A stretch of DNA of 64,000 bases from contig JACROH010000001.1 in NCBI GenBank assembly GCA_016214545.1, positions 189,750-253,749 of the forward strand, given 5' to 3'. Below, one piece after another: positions 52,108-59,828 of the stretch. The stretch is from Candidatus Lloydbacteria bacterium. Its GTDB lineage: Bacteria; Patescibacteriota; Minisyncoccia; Phycocordibacterales; 21-14-all-47-15. The stretch's first letter is position 1. The number at the start of each line of letters is the position of its first letter. The notes below the pieces were generated by a model. That model had not been told where the DNA came from and searched no databases. It saw only the letters and a list, made by a program, of their open reading frames with translations. The position numbers were made by a program, and so were the translations under genes.

Positions 52108-52800
52108 ATGCGGACGCTTGTTGAGTCATATAAAAATACCGGTTTGCTCCACCATGCCTACGCTATAGCCGGTCCTCGTGAGGCGGTGCGCAAATCGCTT
52201 CTTTCTTTTTTGGAGGATACGGTCGGGATTGTCACGGTGGGGAATCCCGATGTGCAGGATGAAACATACGATACGTTTGGCATTGATGAAGCGCGAAAGG
52301 TGCGCGGGCGTCAGACAACGAACGCCGCCGTTCGTTCCGCGCAAAAAATTTTTATAATGGCGGCAACCGTTATTACACACGAGGCGCAAAATGCGCTGTT
52401 GAAAATTTTTGAAGAGCCGACGCGCGACACACACTTTTTTCTTATTGTTCCGGATATGGAGATGCTTTTACCGACGCTCTGCTCGCGCCTCGTCGTCATT
52501 CCTTATGGCTATACAAATGATGATACGGCCTTGGCTGCGGCGTTTTTGAAAAGTGACATGGGGGAACGTTTTGCCGCGATTAAGGATATGGTTGAAAATA
52601 AAAACCGTTTGGCAGCGATAGTGCTTCTTGATGCGCTTGAAATCGCTCTCCATGCGTCTTTTGTCGATGCAAAAAAAATAGCCGAGCATGCTTTTGTGTT
52701 TTCCGAAATAGCCAATTGCCGTGCATATCTTCACGGGAGAGCTCCGTCTCTGAAACTTATTTTGGAACACCTTGCGCTTATTATTCCTCGTATTTCATAA
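52108..52800 (+). CDS. holB: DNA polymerase III delta-prime-like clamp-loader subunit
   Basis: LLHHAYAIAG, QNALLKIFEEP, LPTLCSRL (SRC-like). Short (230 aa). Confidence 0.55.
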   Translation: MRTLVESYKNTGLLHHAYAIAGPREAVRKSLLSFLEDTVGIVTVGNPDVQDETYDTFGIDEARKVRGRQTTNAAVRSAQKIFIMAATVITHEAQNALLKIFEEPTRDTHFFLIVPDMEMLLPTLCSRLVVIPYGYTNDDTALAAAFLKSDMGERFAAIKDMVENKNRLAAIVLLDALEIALHASFVDAKKIAEHAFVFSEIANCRAYLHGRAPSLKLILEHLALIIPRIS

Positions 52801-52849
52801 AATCAAAAAAGACGGCAAAAATTAAAAAATATGCTACACTGCATGATAT

Positions 52850-53401
52850 ATGCAATACAATTTTTCCCATTTTAAAAATCGTGTTTCCGAAGTGACGGCA
52901 TGGCTTAAAACCGAATTCTCGAGCATTCACACGGGGAGAGTAACTCCTGCGCTGCTTGATAAGGTGATGATAGATTCCTATGGCGCAAAAGCTCCCATTC
53001 AACATATTGCCAGCGTATCCGTGGAAGATGCGCGCACACTCCGCATTGTTCCGTGGGATAAAAAACAAGTAAAAGAGATTGAAAAAGCGATAGGGATGTC
53101 AAAATTGGGGGTTAATGCATCGGTAGACGACCAAGGTGTTCGCGTATCATTTCCCGAATTGACTTCCGAAAACCGCCAAGCGTTGGTTAAGCTGGCACGG
53201 GCAAAATTGGAAGACGCGCGCGTTACGCTTAAAAAAGAGCGTGAGGAAGTCTGGAACGATATTCAAAAAAAAGAACGGGATGGTGAAATTCCGGAGGATG
53301 ATAAATTCCATTTCAAAGATGAATTGCAAAAATTATTGGACAATGCTCACAAAGAGCTTGAGGCGATGGTGGAGCGGAAAGAAAAAGAGATTGCCGGATA
53401 A
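52850..53401 (+). CDS. frr: Ribosome recycling factor
   Basis: FSSIHTGRVTPALLD, PELTSENRQALVKLA. Confidence 0.92.
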   Translation: MQYNFSHFKNRVSEVTAWLKTEFSSIHTGRVTPALLDKVMIDSYGAKAPIQHIASVSVEDARTLRIVPWDKKQVKEIEKAIGMSKLGVNASVDDQGVRVSFPELTSENRQALVKLARAKLEDARVTLKKEREEVWNDIQKKERDGEIPEDDKFHFKDELQKLLDNAHKELEAMVERKEKEIAG

Positions 53402-53436
53402 TATTCAGCCATCGGTAACCGACAAAATAAACACAA

Positions 53437-54540
53437 ATGACCGTTATTATTTTTATTATCGCCCTTGCCGTTTTGATTCTCGTGCATGAGCTCGGGCATT
53501 TTTTGGTGGCCAAAAAAGCGGGCGTGAAGGTCCCCGAATTCGGTCTTGGTTTCCCTCCAAGAATATTCGGCATCAAAAAAGGGGAGACGGAATATACGTT
53601 GAACTGGATTCCCTTTGGCGGATTTGTAAAAATTGTCGGCGAAAATGCCGATGAAGAAATTGCAAAAGAAGATATGCCACGAAGTCTTGCTTCAAAGCCG
53701 CGGCATGTGCAGGCGGCGGTTATTGCCGCAGGGGTTCTCTTCAATTTTTTATTTGCCTGGGCGATTTTTTCTCTGGGCTTTATGATCGGTCTCCCTTCAT
53801 CGGCTGAAACCACTCCGCTTTCTGCGTTTGTTACCGAGCCCAAACTTACGGTCACGTCGGTGTTATCCGGATCGCCGGCAGAACAAGCGGGGCTGAAAGC
53901 GGGCGACGTTCTTCTTGCGCTGACGTCGAAAGACCGTATGTTACAAAATATTTCTCATGCGGGCGATGCGCAGACGTTTATCGCATCATACGGAAAAGAA
54001 CCGGTTGGTTTTTTGTATAAGCGCGGAGACGGTTTGCCGTTATTTGTTTCGGTTATGCCAAAAGAGGGGATTATTGCGGAAAAACCGGCGGTTGGAATCA
54101 CAATGGATGTTGTTGGTATTGCGCGATTGAGCCTCCTTAGTGCGGTTTGGGAAGGAGGACTTACCACAATACACCTTATCGGAAATGTGGCGGTTGGATT
54201 TTTTGAATTTATAAAAAATATCGCCGGCGGAACAGCCAATGTTAAAGAAATCGCGGGACCGGTAGGAATCGCAGGGCTCGTGGGGCAGGCGGAGGCGCTC
54301 GGTTTTATCCACCTGATGATGTTTGTGGCGTTTATTTCGGTAAACTTGGGGGTTATCAATCTCATCCCGTTTCCGGCGCTTGATGGCGGGCGGCTTCTTT
54401 TTTTGGCGATTGAATCAATCAAACGTTCGCCGATAAATCCGCGCGTGTCGGCGCTTGCCAACACCATCGGCTTTGCGCTCCTCCTTATTTTGATGTTCGC
54501 GGTTACTTATAACGATATCGCGCGGCTTATCAAGGGATAA
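53437..54540 (+). CDS. rseP: RIP/site-2 metalloprotease RseP (M50)
   Basis: HELGHF, PDZ-like SGSPAEQAGLKAGD, NLIPFPALDGG. Confidence 0.9.
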   Translation: MTVIIFIIALAVLILVHELGHFLVAKKAGVKVPEFGLGFPPRIFGIKKGETEYTLNWIPFGGFVKIVGENADEEIAKEDMPRSLASKPRHVQAAVIAAGVLFNFLFAWAIFSLGFMIGLPSSAETTPLSAFVTEPKLTVTSVLSGSPAEQAGLKAGDVLLALTSKDRMLQNISHAGDAQTFIASYGKEPVGFLYKRGDGLPLFVSVMPKEGIIAEKPAVGITMDVVGIARLSLLSAVWEGGLTTIHLIGNVAVGFFEFIKNIAGGTANVKEIAGPVGIAGLVGQAEALGFIHLMMFVAFISVNLGVINLIPFPALDGGRLLFLAIESIKRSPINPRVSALANTIGFALLLILMFAVTYNDIARLIKG

Positions 54541-54587
54541 AAAAACTCCCACGAGGCGGGCCTCGTGGGAGTTAGTGCGATGAAGAT

Positions 54588-55058
54588 TTACTCTTTGTTG
54601 CAATAGGGGTGGTCGTCCATGGCGTCCCGATCCGCCGGATTGACGATAATTTCATCTATCAATCCGTCCGGTTGATTTTTTTCTTTGGCGCCGGTGTTAT
54701 CTCTGTTGTCGAGGAACAATGTTTTTGTCGGTACATGAAAAATTCCATACGGCAATCCTTCCGGCTTGGAACTGGGGAACGCTACGGAAAACTCCGCTAA
54801 ATCAGAATCGGAGTTTTGCAGCGAAAATAGCTGAAAAAAAATCTGGCAATTGGAGCCGTCGGCTTGAATGGTTGCCAACCCCTGTTTCTCAAGAAATGTG
54901 CCGAGTTTATAATTCGGCATTTTGCCGCCAACATGATATTTTTCCGAAACGATGATTGTATCCTCATTGGCGGTGCCGGCCTTATTTTCCTCTGCAAACA
55001 TGGCGGGCGCGAAACCTAAAGCAAAAACAATACTGACAAACAACACTATTTTTTTCAT
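54588..55058 (-). CDS. Secreted hypothetical protein (156 aa)
   Basis: Signal peptide MKKIVLFVSIVFALGFAPAMFA. Confidence 0.6.
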   Translation of the reverse strand: MKKIVLFVSIVFALGFAPAMFAEENKAGTANEDTIIVSEKYHVGGKMPNYKLGTFLEKQGLATIQADGSNCQIFFQLFSLQNSDSDLAEFSVAFPSSKPEGLPYGIFHVPTKTLFLDNRDNTGAKEKNQPDGLIDEIIVNPADRDAMDDHPYCNKE

Positions 55059-55187
55059 TGGGTCCTCCGTTGGTCTAAAAGTTGCGACCTTCTGTTCTGT
55101 TATGCAATGCTACGTTAGTTTGCATTTTCGTCAAGTTTGGAAAGAAATCTTGCGCCCAAGAGTCGGAAGCTATAAACTAACAATTAC

Positions 55188-56087
55188 ATGATGAATATTT
55201 ATTCACAGCAAGATTCAAACATTCGGCGGACATGGTTTCTGATGTTTGTGTTTGTGCTCGTGATTGTGGGCATCGGCTGGTCGTTCTCTTATGTCTACGG
55301 CAATCAATCGATTCTCTATTTTGCGGTATTTTTTAGTGTCGGAATGAATATTTTAAGCTACTGGTACTCCGATAAAATCGTTTTGGGTATGTCGGGCGCG
55401 CAGCCGGTCTCACGCGAAGAACATCGCGAATTGTGGAATATCGTTGAAAATCTTTCTATCACGGCGGGTATTCCCATGCCCAAGCTCTATCTCATAAGCG
55501 ATGCGTCTCCCAATGCGTTTGCCACCGGACGCAACAAGGAACATGCGGCGGTGGCGGTTACTTCGGGGCTGCTTGCCATTCTTGACCGCACCGAACTTGA
55601 GGGAGTCATCGCGCATGAATTGTCGCACATCGGCAACCGAGACATTTTGCTTCAGACGGTTGTCGTGGTGCTTGTCGGATTCGTGACGCTGCTTTCTGAT
55701 TTTTTCTTGCGCATGACTTTTTTTGGCGGCAGAAGGGGAGATAACGACCGTGACAATCGGGCGCAAATGATCATGGTGCTTCTGGGGATTGCCTTGGCGA
55801 TTCTTTCTCCGATTATTGCGACGGTTATTCAACTTGCCATTTCACGCAAGCGCGAATTTTTAGCCGATGCGTCGGGGGCGCTCCTCACGCGCTATCCCGA
55901 AGGGCTTGCAAGCGCGCTTGAAAAAATTTCAAAATCGCCGCACGAACTTCGCCGCGCGAATCACGCCACCGCGCATCTCTATATCGCGAATCCGTTTAAA
56001 GGCGCCCATGCCGCGGGCTTTATGGCAAAATTATTCATGACGCATCCGCCGGTTGCGGAACGAATTGCCGCCTTGCGGGGACTTTAA
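55188..56087 (+). CDS. htpX: Membrane zinc metalloprotease HtpX (M48)
   Basis: HELSHIGNRD, EFLADASGA. 4 TM segments. Confidence 0.9.
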   Translation: MMNIYSQQDSNIRRTWFLMFVFVLVIVGIGWSFSYVYGNQSILYFAVFFSVGMNILSYWYSDKIVLGMSGAQPVSREEHRELWNIVENLSITAGIPMPKLYLISDASPNAFATGRNKEHAAVAVTSGLLAILDRTELEGVIAHELSHIGNRDILLQTVVVVLVGFVTLLSDFFLRMTFFGGRRGDNDRDNRAQMIMVLLGIALAILSPIIATVIQLAISRKREFLADASGALLTRYPEGLASALEKISKSPHELRRANHATAHLYIANPFKGAHAAGFMAKLFMTHPPVAERIAALRGL

Positions 56088-56102
56088 GCGGGTATATACT
56101 TT

Positions 56103-56165
56103 TTATTAGCGACGTAGAGTGAGCGAAATGCAATGCGCAGCTTTGCATTTCCGAGCCGAGGAGCT
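56103..56165 (+). repeat. Copy 2 of the 64-nt conserved hairpin element (E element)
   Basis: TTATTAGCGACGTAGAGTGAGCGAAATG-[loop]-CATTTCCGAGCCGAGGAGCT. Confidence 0.8.
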
Positions 56166-56210
56166 AATATAGGTCTAATACCCTGCGGTCTTTGCCGCAG
56201 CGGCCTATGT

Positions 56211-56549
56211 ATGTCATTCGAACAACAGCCATCGGGGGCGCACGAAAGGAAAAAGGGTGTTGAAGTGTGTTTAATACTGAAGGAAAAAGAATCCGACCCG
56301 CTGCACTGGGGCGGCATTGATTGCTTTGAACTGACTCCGGACGAAGAGCTTTTGATAGAAAAATTTGACGAGCTAAAGCGAAACCCGTCGGAAGAAGCGC
56401 TCTTTGCTCTCAACAAAGAGGCGCGAGAATTACTTGAAGCAACCGGCGGCAGGGGAGATAAAATGTCTGTTGCCGAAGCGCTTATCAATGAGCTTGTGGC
56501 GTTTCGTTATGAATTGAAACACAAGCATCATAATGGGACCGTGCATTAA
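56211..56549 (+). CDS. Hypothetical acidic protein (112 aa)
   Basis: ORF with ATG 56211, downstream of E element copy 2. No motif recognised. The track start at 56133 lies inside the repeat. Confidence 0.4.
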   Translation: MSFEQQPSGAHERKKGVEVCLILKEKESDPLHWGGIDCFELTPDEELLIEKFDELKRNPSEEALFALNKEARELLEATGGRGDKMSVAEALINELVAFRYELKHKHHNGTVH

Positions 56550-56574
56550 AAAAAAAGTTACTACTTTAAAGTAG

Positions 56575-56616
56575 AAAAACCGCCCGAGCCCTTTAAAAAA
56601 GGCGGGGCGGTTTTGT
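56575..56616. terminator. Bidirectional terminator
   Basis: AACCGCCC...GGGGCGGTT stem flanked by an A-run and a T-run. Confidence 0.75.
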
Positions 56617-56628
56617 ATATCACTGCCG

Positions 56629-57456
56629 TTATGATGCAAGACGCGCAGTGTGCACACGGGTGGCGATTCTCCATTTTTTGAGAATACAAATGAGCCACCA
56701 TGTCATATCAATCTCAAACCATCGCAAACCATGCCGAGCGGAGCGGGGAAGCGCATGGTGATTATTGTGCCACCCTTCTCCCCATGCAAGGAGCCCGACC
56801 CACCAGCAATTGGTGGAAAGATCTCCGGTATCAAAATTTTGATACCCGAAATAGTGTGCGGCGCTGTTGACGAGCCACGTCGCGTGCCATACGACAACAA
56901 GCCGCAAGAAGATTCCCCAAAATACCCAAGGCCAACCGCCAATCGATAAAAGAATCTCTCCGAGCAGGGCCTGAATACCGATAACAACCATCGGGTGATC
57001 CAGAGCCCGGAAAAAAGCGTCTTCGTAAATATCAGCGGCGCTTTTTTCAATTACTTCGGAGTGGTCAAACTCTTCATGACGGTAACACATCCATCCAAAG
57101 TGCGCCCACCAAAATCCTTTGCCGGCGTTGTGCGGGTCCTTTATCGTGTCGGAGCCTTTATGGTGCATCCGATGCTGTGCCACCCATTTTACCGGCCCGT
57201 TTTCACAGGCAAGCACTCCGCATAATACGACAAGACGCTCAAGATAGCGCGGCAACACAAGCGAGCGGTGCGTTAAAAGCCGATGGAAGCCCAAGCATAT
57301 TCCCACACTGGCGGTAAGCCAGTAGAGAAAGAAAAAAAGCCAGACCGCGCCCCATGAAAAATTTTCCGGTAAAAATGCGCCGATTGCCAGAATGTGTATC
57401 AGCACGAGAAAGGTAAGACTGAACAGATTGAGGGAATACTTTTCGTTGTCTTGCAC
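56629..57456 (-). CDS. Membrane fatty-acid desaturase (acyl-CoA/acyl-lipid delta-9 type)
   Basis: Three His boxes HRLLTH, HRMHH, HNNHH. Hydrophobic N-terminal half. Confidence 0.85.
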   Translation of the reverse strand: MQDNEKYSLNLFSLTFLVLIHILAIGAFLPENFSWGAVWLFFFLYWLTASVGICLGFHRLLTHRSLVLPRYLERLVVLCGVLACENGPVKWVAQHRMHHKGSDTIKDPHNAGKGFWWAHFGWMCYRHEEFDHSEVIEKSAADIYEDAFFRALDHPMVVIGIQALLGEILLSIGGWPWVFWGIFLRLVVVWHATWLVNSAAHYFGYQNFDTGDLSTNCWWVGLLAWGEGWHNNHHALPRSARHGLRWFEIDMTWWLICILKKWRIATRVHTARLAS

Positions 57457-57544
57457 GCTTTTCCTCCTGGTTTTATGGTTTGAAAATAATAAAAAGAAAC
57501 AAATTTCTGTTTCTTACCTTAACATAAAAGGTATAATTTTAACA

Positions 57545-57577
57545 TAAAAAGAGACGGCGCGTGGTGCGTGCCGTCTC
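57545..57577 (-). terminator. Intrinsic terminator after the lipoprotein gene
   Basis: GAGACGGC-N11-GCCGTCTC with a T-run on the minus strand. Confidence 0.75.
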
Positions 57578-57591
57578 GTGTTGGAGAGGTT

Positions 57592-58245
57592 TTATTTTGA
57601 TACTGCTGTCGGTGCCGGCGATGATTTAAAGAAGGTGTTGGCTATGGATACCGCCGCGGCATCGATTTTTTTAGGGGCTTTAAATTCCCCGTGCATAGTG
57701 GCAAGAAGCCGTTTTTTCCCGGAAGTCGTCGTGTCCCATAAGACAAGCTTAAAACCGGTAATAAGATGCCCTTCGTTGTGAAGCCATGTCTTCGTCGTTA
57801 TAATCGCATCCAATTCTTTTGCATGAGCGGCTTCTATGTAGGCTCCGATATCGGAAGCCTCTTTCAGGGCGGGGGATGCCGCTATGAGCTCATCTTCGGT
57901 AACGATAATGTCGTTGACAGATACCGTGCGTATTTCTTGGATGAGGCGGCTTAAGAAGGCGTCGATGATGCTGCGTGTATCATCCGGCACATTTTTTTTG
58001 AGAGACCATGGCTGGATGAGTGCGTATTTCTTCACTTTAAAAATATCTTCTTTCGTGGCGCCAGGGCCAAGGTCTACCCGCATTGTTTTATAGTCGCCGA
58101 CAAATTCACTGGCGACGTTCAATGCTCCCAGCCCATAATAAAGGCCGTAGAAAATCCCCTGCGTTTCTATGCCGGTGCAGGCGGAAGACAAAAGAATGGC
58201 ACTACTGCAAACAAAAATAGCGATTTTGTTTCTGAGAGTGTTCAT
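57592..58245 (-). CDS. Putative lipoprotein (217 aa)
   Basis: Signal peptide with a lipobox-like LLSSAC. Confidence 0.6.
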   Translation of the reverse strand: MNTLRNKIAIFVCSSAILLSSACTGIETQGIFYGLYYGLGALNVASEFVGDYKTMRVDLGPGATKEDIFKVKKYALIQPWSLKKNVPDDTRSIIDAFLSRLIQEIRTVSVNDIIVTEDELIAASPALKEASDIGAYIEAAHAKELDAIITTKTWLHNEGHLITGFKLVLWDTTTSGKKRLLATMHGEFKAPKKIDAAAVSIANTFFKSSPAPTAVSK

Positions 58246-58392
58246 AGGAAGCCTCCGTGTCCTTGTGAATTCTAGCCGCCGTTGATAGACTAAATTGTTT
58301 GTGGCCAGCAGCTGACAAAAAACAAAAATGTCAATAATTTCTAAATAAAATAATACATCTATAATATTTATTTGTCAATGTATCTAAAAACT

Positions 58393-58477
58393 GGAGGCGT
58401 CGCATAGCGGTCTAGTGCACTGTCTTGGAAAGGCAGCAAGGTGAAAGCCTTCGCGAGTTCGAATCTCGCCGCCTCCG
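58393..58477 (+). tRNA. tRNA-Ser (anticodon GGA), 85 nt with long variable arm, no encoded CCA
   Basis: GGAGGCG / GCAT-AGCGGTCTA-GTGC / CTGTC-TTGGAAA-GGCAG / variable CAAGGTGAAAGCCTTC / GCGAG-TTCGAAT-CTCGC / CGCCTCC-G. Confidence 0.9.
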
Positions 58478-58655
58478 TAACGACATATTTTGATAGCGTT
58501 TCTATAGCTATCAAAATATGGCGTCATCTGATGGGGTGGGGGATTCGAAAGGCGGAGGCGGAGAAAAATTTGAAAAATTTTTCAGACCGCCGAGCCAGGG
58601 TCGTGAGCGTATAATTATAAAGAGCGAAGCGATTATATAATTAACGACTCCTGAC

Positions 58656-58674
58656 CGAATCTCGCCGCCTCCGT
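58656..58674 (+). repeat. Duplicated tRNA-Ser 3' end (19 nt)
   Basis: CGAATCTCGCCGCCTCCGT is identical to 58460-58478. Confidence 0.9.
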
Positions 58675-58770
58675 TGACGTATTAGAAAAATTATGTCAGC
58701 TTAGAGAACGGTCAGGGTAGGGTGCCCTGCAACGCTCGAATCTATTCTTTGAAAAGGAGGAAAAAGAATA

Positions 58771-59406
58771 ATGGCCAGGGGGGAGAATCTTCCAATCGAG
58801 AAACACGTACCGCAGAATCATATTTCCGGTGAATTGCCCGAAAGTCTTGCCGATGCGATTCAGCGCATCATTGCCGATCAGGGGTCGGAATACGATTGGC
58901 GTAATCATTTTACGGTTCCGCGCCCACGGATATGGGAAAAACGTCTCGACATCATCGGAAAGACGGTCATTCCGCATACCTGCGCAGCTCGCGAACATGG
59001 AGGCAACAATGGCTGTATTTGTGATTTGCTTGGCAAGCCCGTCGTCATTGTGAGAATTTGGGAAACAGAATTTGTCGGAACGCCCTCGTATGAAATTGAG
59101 GGCAGCAAAAAACGGATTCAAGAACGTGAATTTTCAGATGAGACGAAGGGGAAAAATCCCGGCATTGTTGAAGGCTTCATTCTCGAAAATTCAAAAGGCA
59201 AGTTTTTAACGGCCGCCTTTGTGTGGGTATCTGCGGAGAGTCCTCTTGATGGCTACCTGCATAATACCCAGGTTGTTCGCGATCTGCTTGGCAGAGAGTT
59301 TTTGAACGGTCCTCCGGTCAAAGCGTATCCCGCATCAAGCAGGCTTGACGGCAGTGAGAAACAAATTAGGGGGGAGGCTATCCCGTTTGGCCAACGTATG
59401 CTTTAG
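58771..59406 (+). CDS. Hypothetical protein (211 aa)
   Basis: Strong RBS AAAGGAGGA. No recognisable motif. Lies just beyond the tRNA-Ser repeat. Confidence 0.55.
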   Translation: MARGENLPIEKHVPQNHISGELPESLADAIQRIIADQGSEYDWRNHFTVPRPRIWEKRLDIIGKTVIPHTCAAREHGGNNGCICDLLGKPVVIVRIWETEFVGTPSYEIEGSKKRIQEREFSDETKGKNPGIVEGFILENSKGKFLTAAFVWVSAESPLDGYLHNTQVVRDLLGREFLNGPPVKAYPASSRLDGSEKQIRGEAIPFGQRML

Positions 59407-59416
59407 CAATAGAAAT

Positions 59417-59450
59417 AAGCGGCATGATATCATCATGCCGCTTTCTGTTT
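59417..59450 (+). terminator. Intrinsic terminator
   Basis: GCGGCATGAT-ATC-ATCATGCCGC followed by TTTCTGTTT. Confidence 0.8.
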
Positions 59451-59518
59451 CTGCTTTGTGCAAAAAATAATAAAAATAATGAGTGGCAATTTTATCCACT
59501 TGACGGGCTGTGTGTATA

Positions 59519-59533
59519 ACCTACACTATAGGT
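59519..59533. promoter_or_regulatory. Candidate CsoR operator overlapping the csoR-copA promoter
   Basis: Inverted repeat ACCTA-N5-TAGGT, 24 nt upstream of the csoR ATG. TTGACG lies ~20 nt upstream of it. Confidence 0.4.
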
Positions 59534-59556
59534 ACTAGGTAAAGAGCGATACGCAT

Positions 59557-59826
59557 ATGACAAAGCAATTACCCGCAAAAAAGACAAAATCGTTAAAACT
59601 CGCGCGGCAAGCTCGCGGCACGCTCGAAACGATTATCGCCATGATCGAGAGAGACGCGTATTGTCCTGAAATTATCCAGCAAGCCGATAGCGTCAGCGGC
59701 TTGTTGCGGTCAATCAAAAAAGAGCTTTTGGCGGGGCATCTTGATACCTGTGCGCTCGAGCGTCTCAAAAAAAATAAAGAAAGCGCCATCAAAGAATTGC
59801 TTAAAATTTATCATCTCTCAAATTAA
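59557..59826 (+). CDS. csoR: CsoR/RcnR-family metal-sensing repressor
   Basis: ARGTLETIIAMIERDAYCPEIIQQ...LLAGHLDTC (C-H-C ligand pattern). Confidence 0.85.
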   Translation: MTKQLPAKKTKSLKLARQARGTLETIIAMIERDAYCPEIIQQADSVSGLLRSIKKELLAGHLDTCALERLKKNKESAIKELLKIYHLSN

Positions 59827-59828
59827 CC

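Noticed and set aside
56084-56488. 134-aa Ser-rich minus-strand ORF opposite the 56211-56549 ORF
   Set aside because: Extreme Ser bias and no RBS. The plus-strand frame has more protein-like composition, though that call is itself only moderate.
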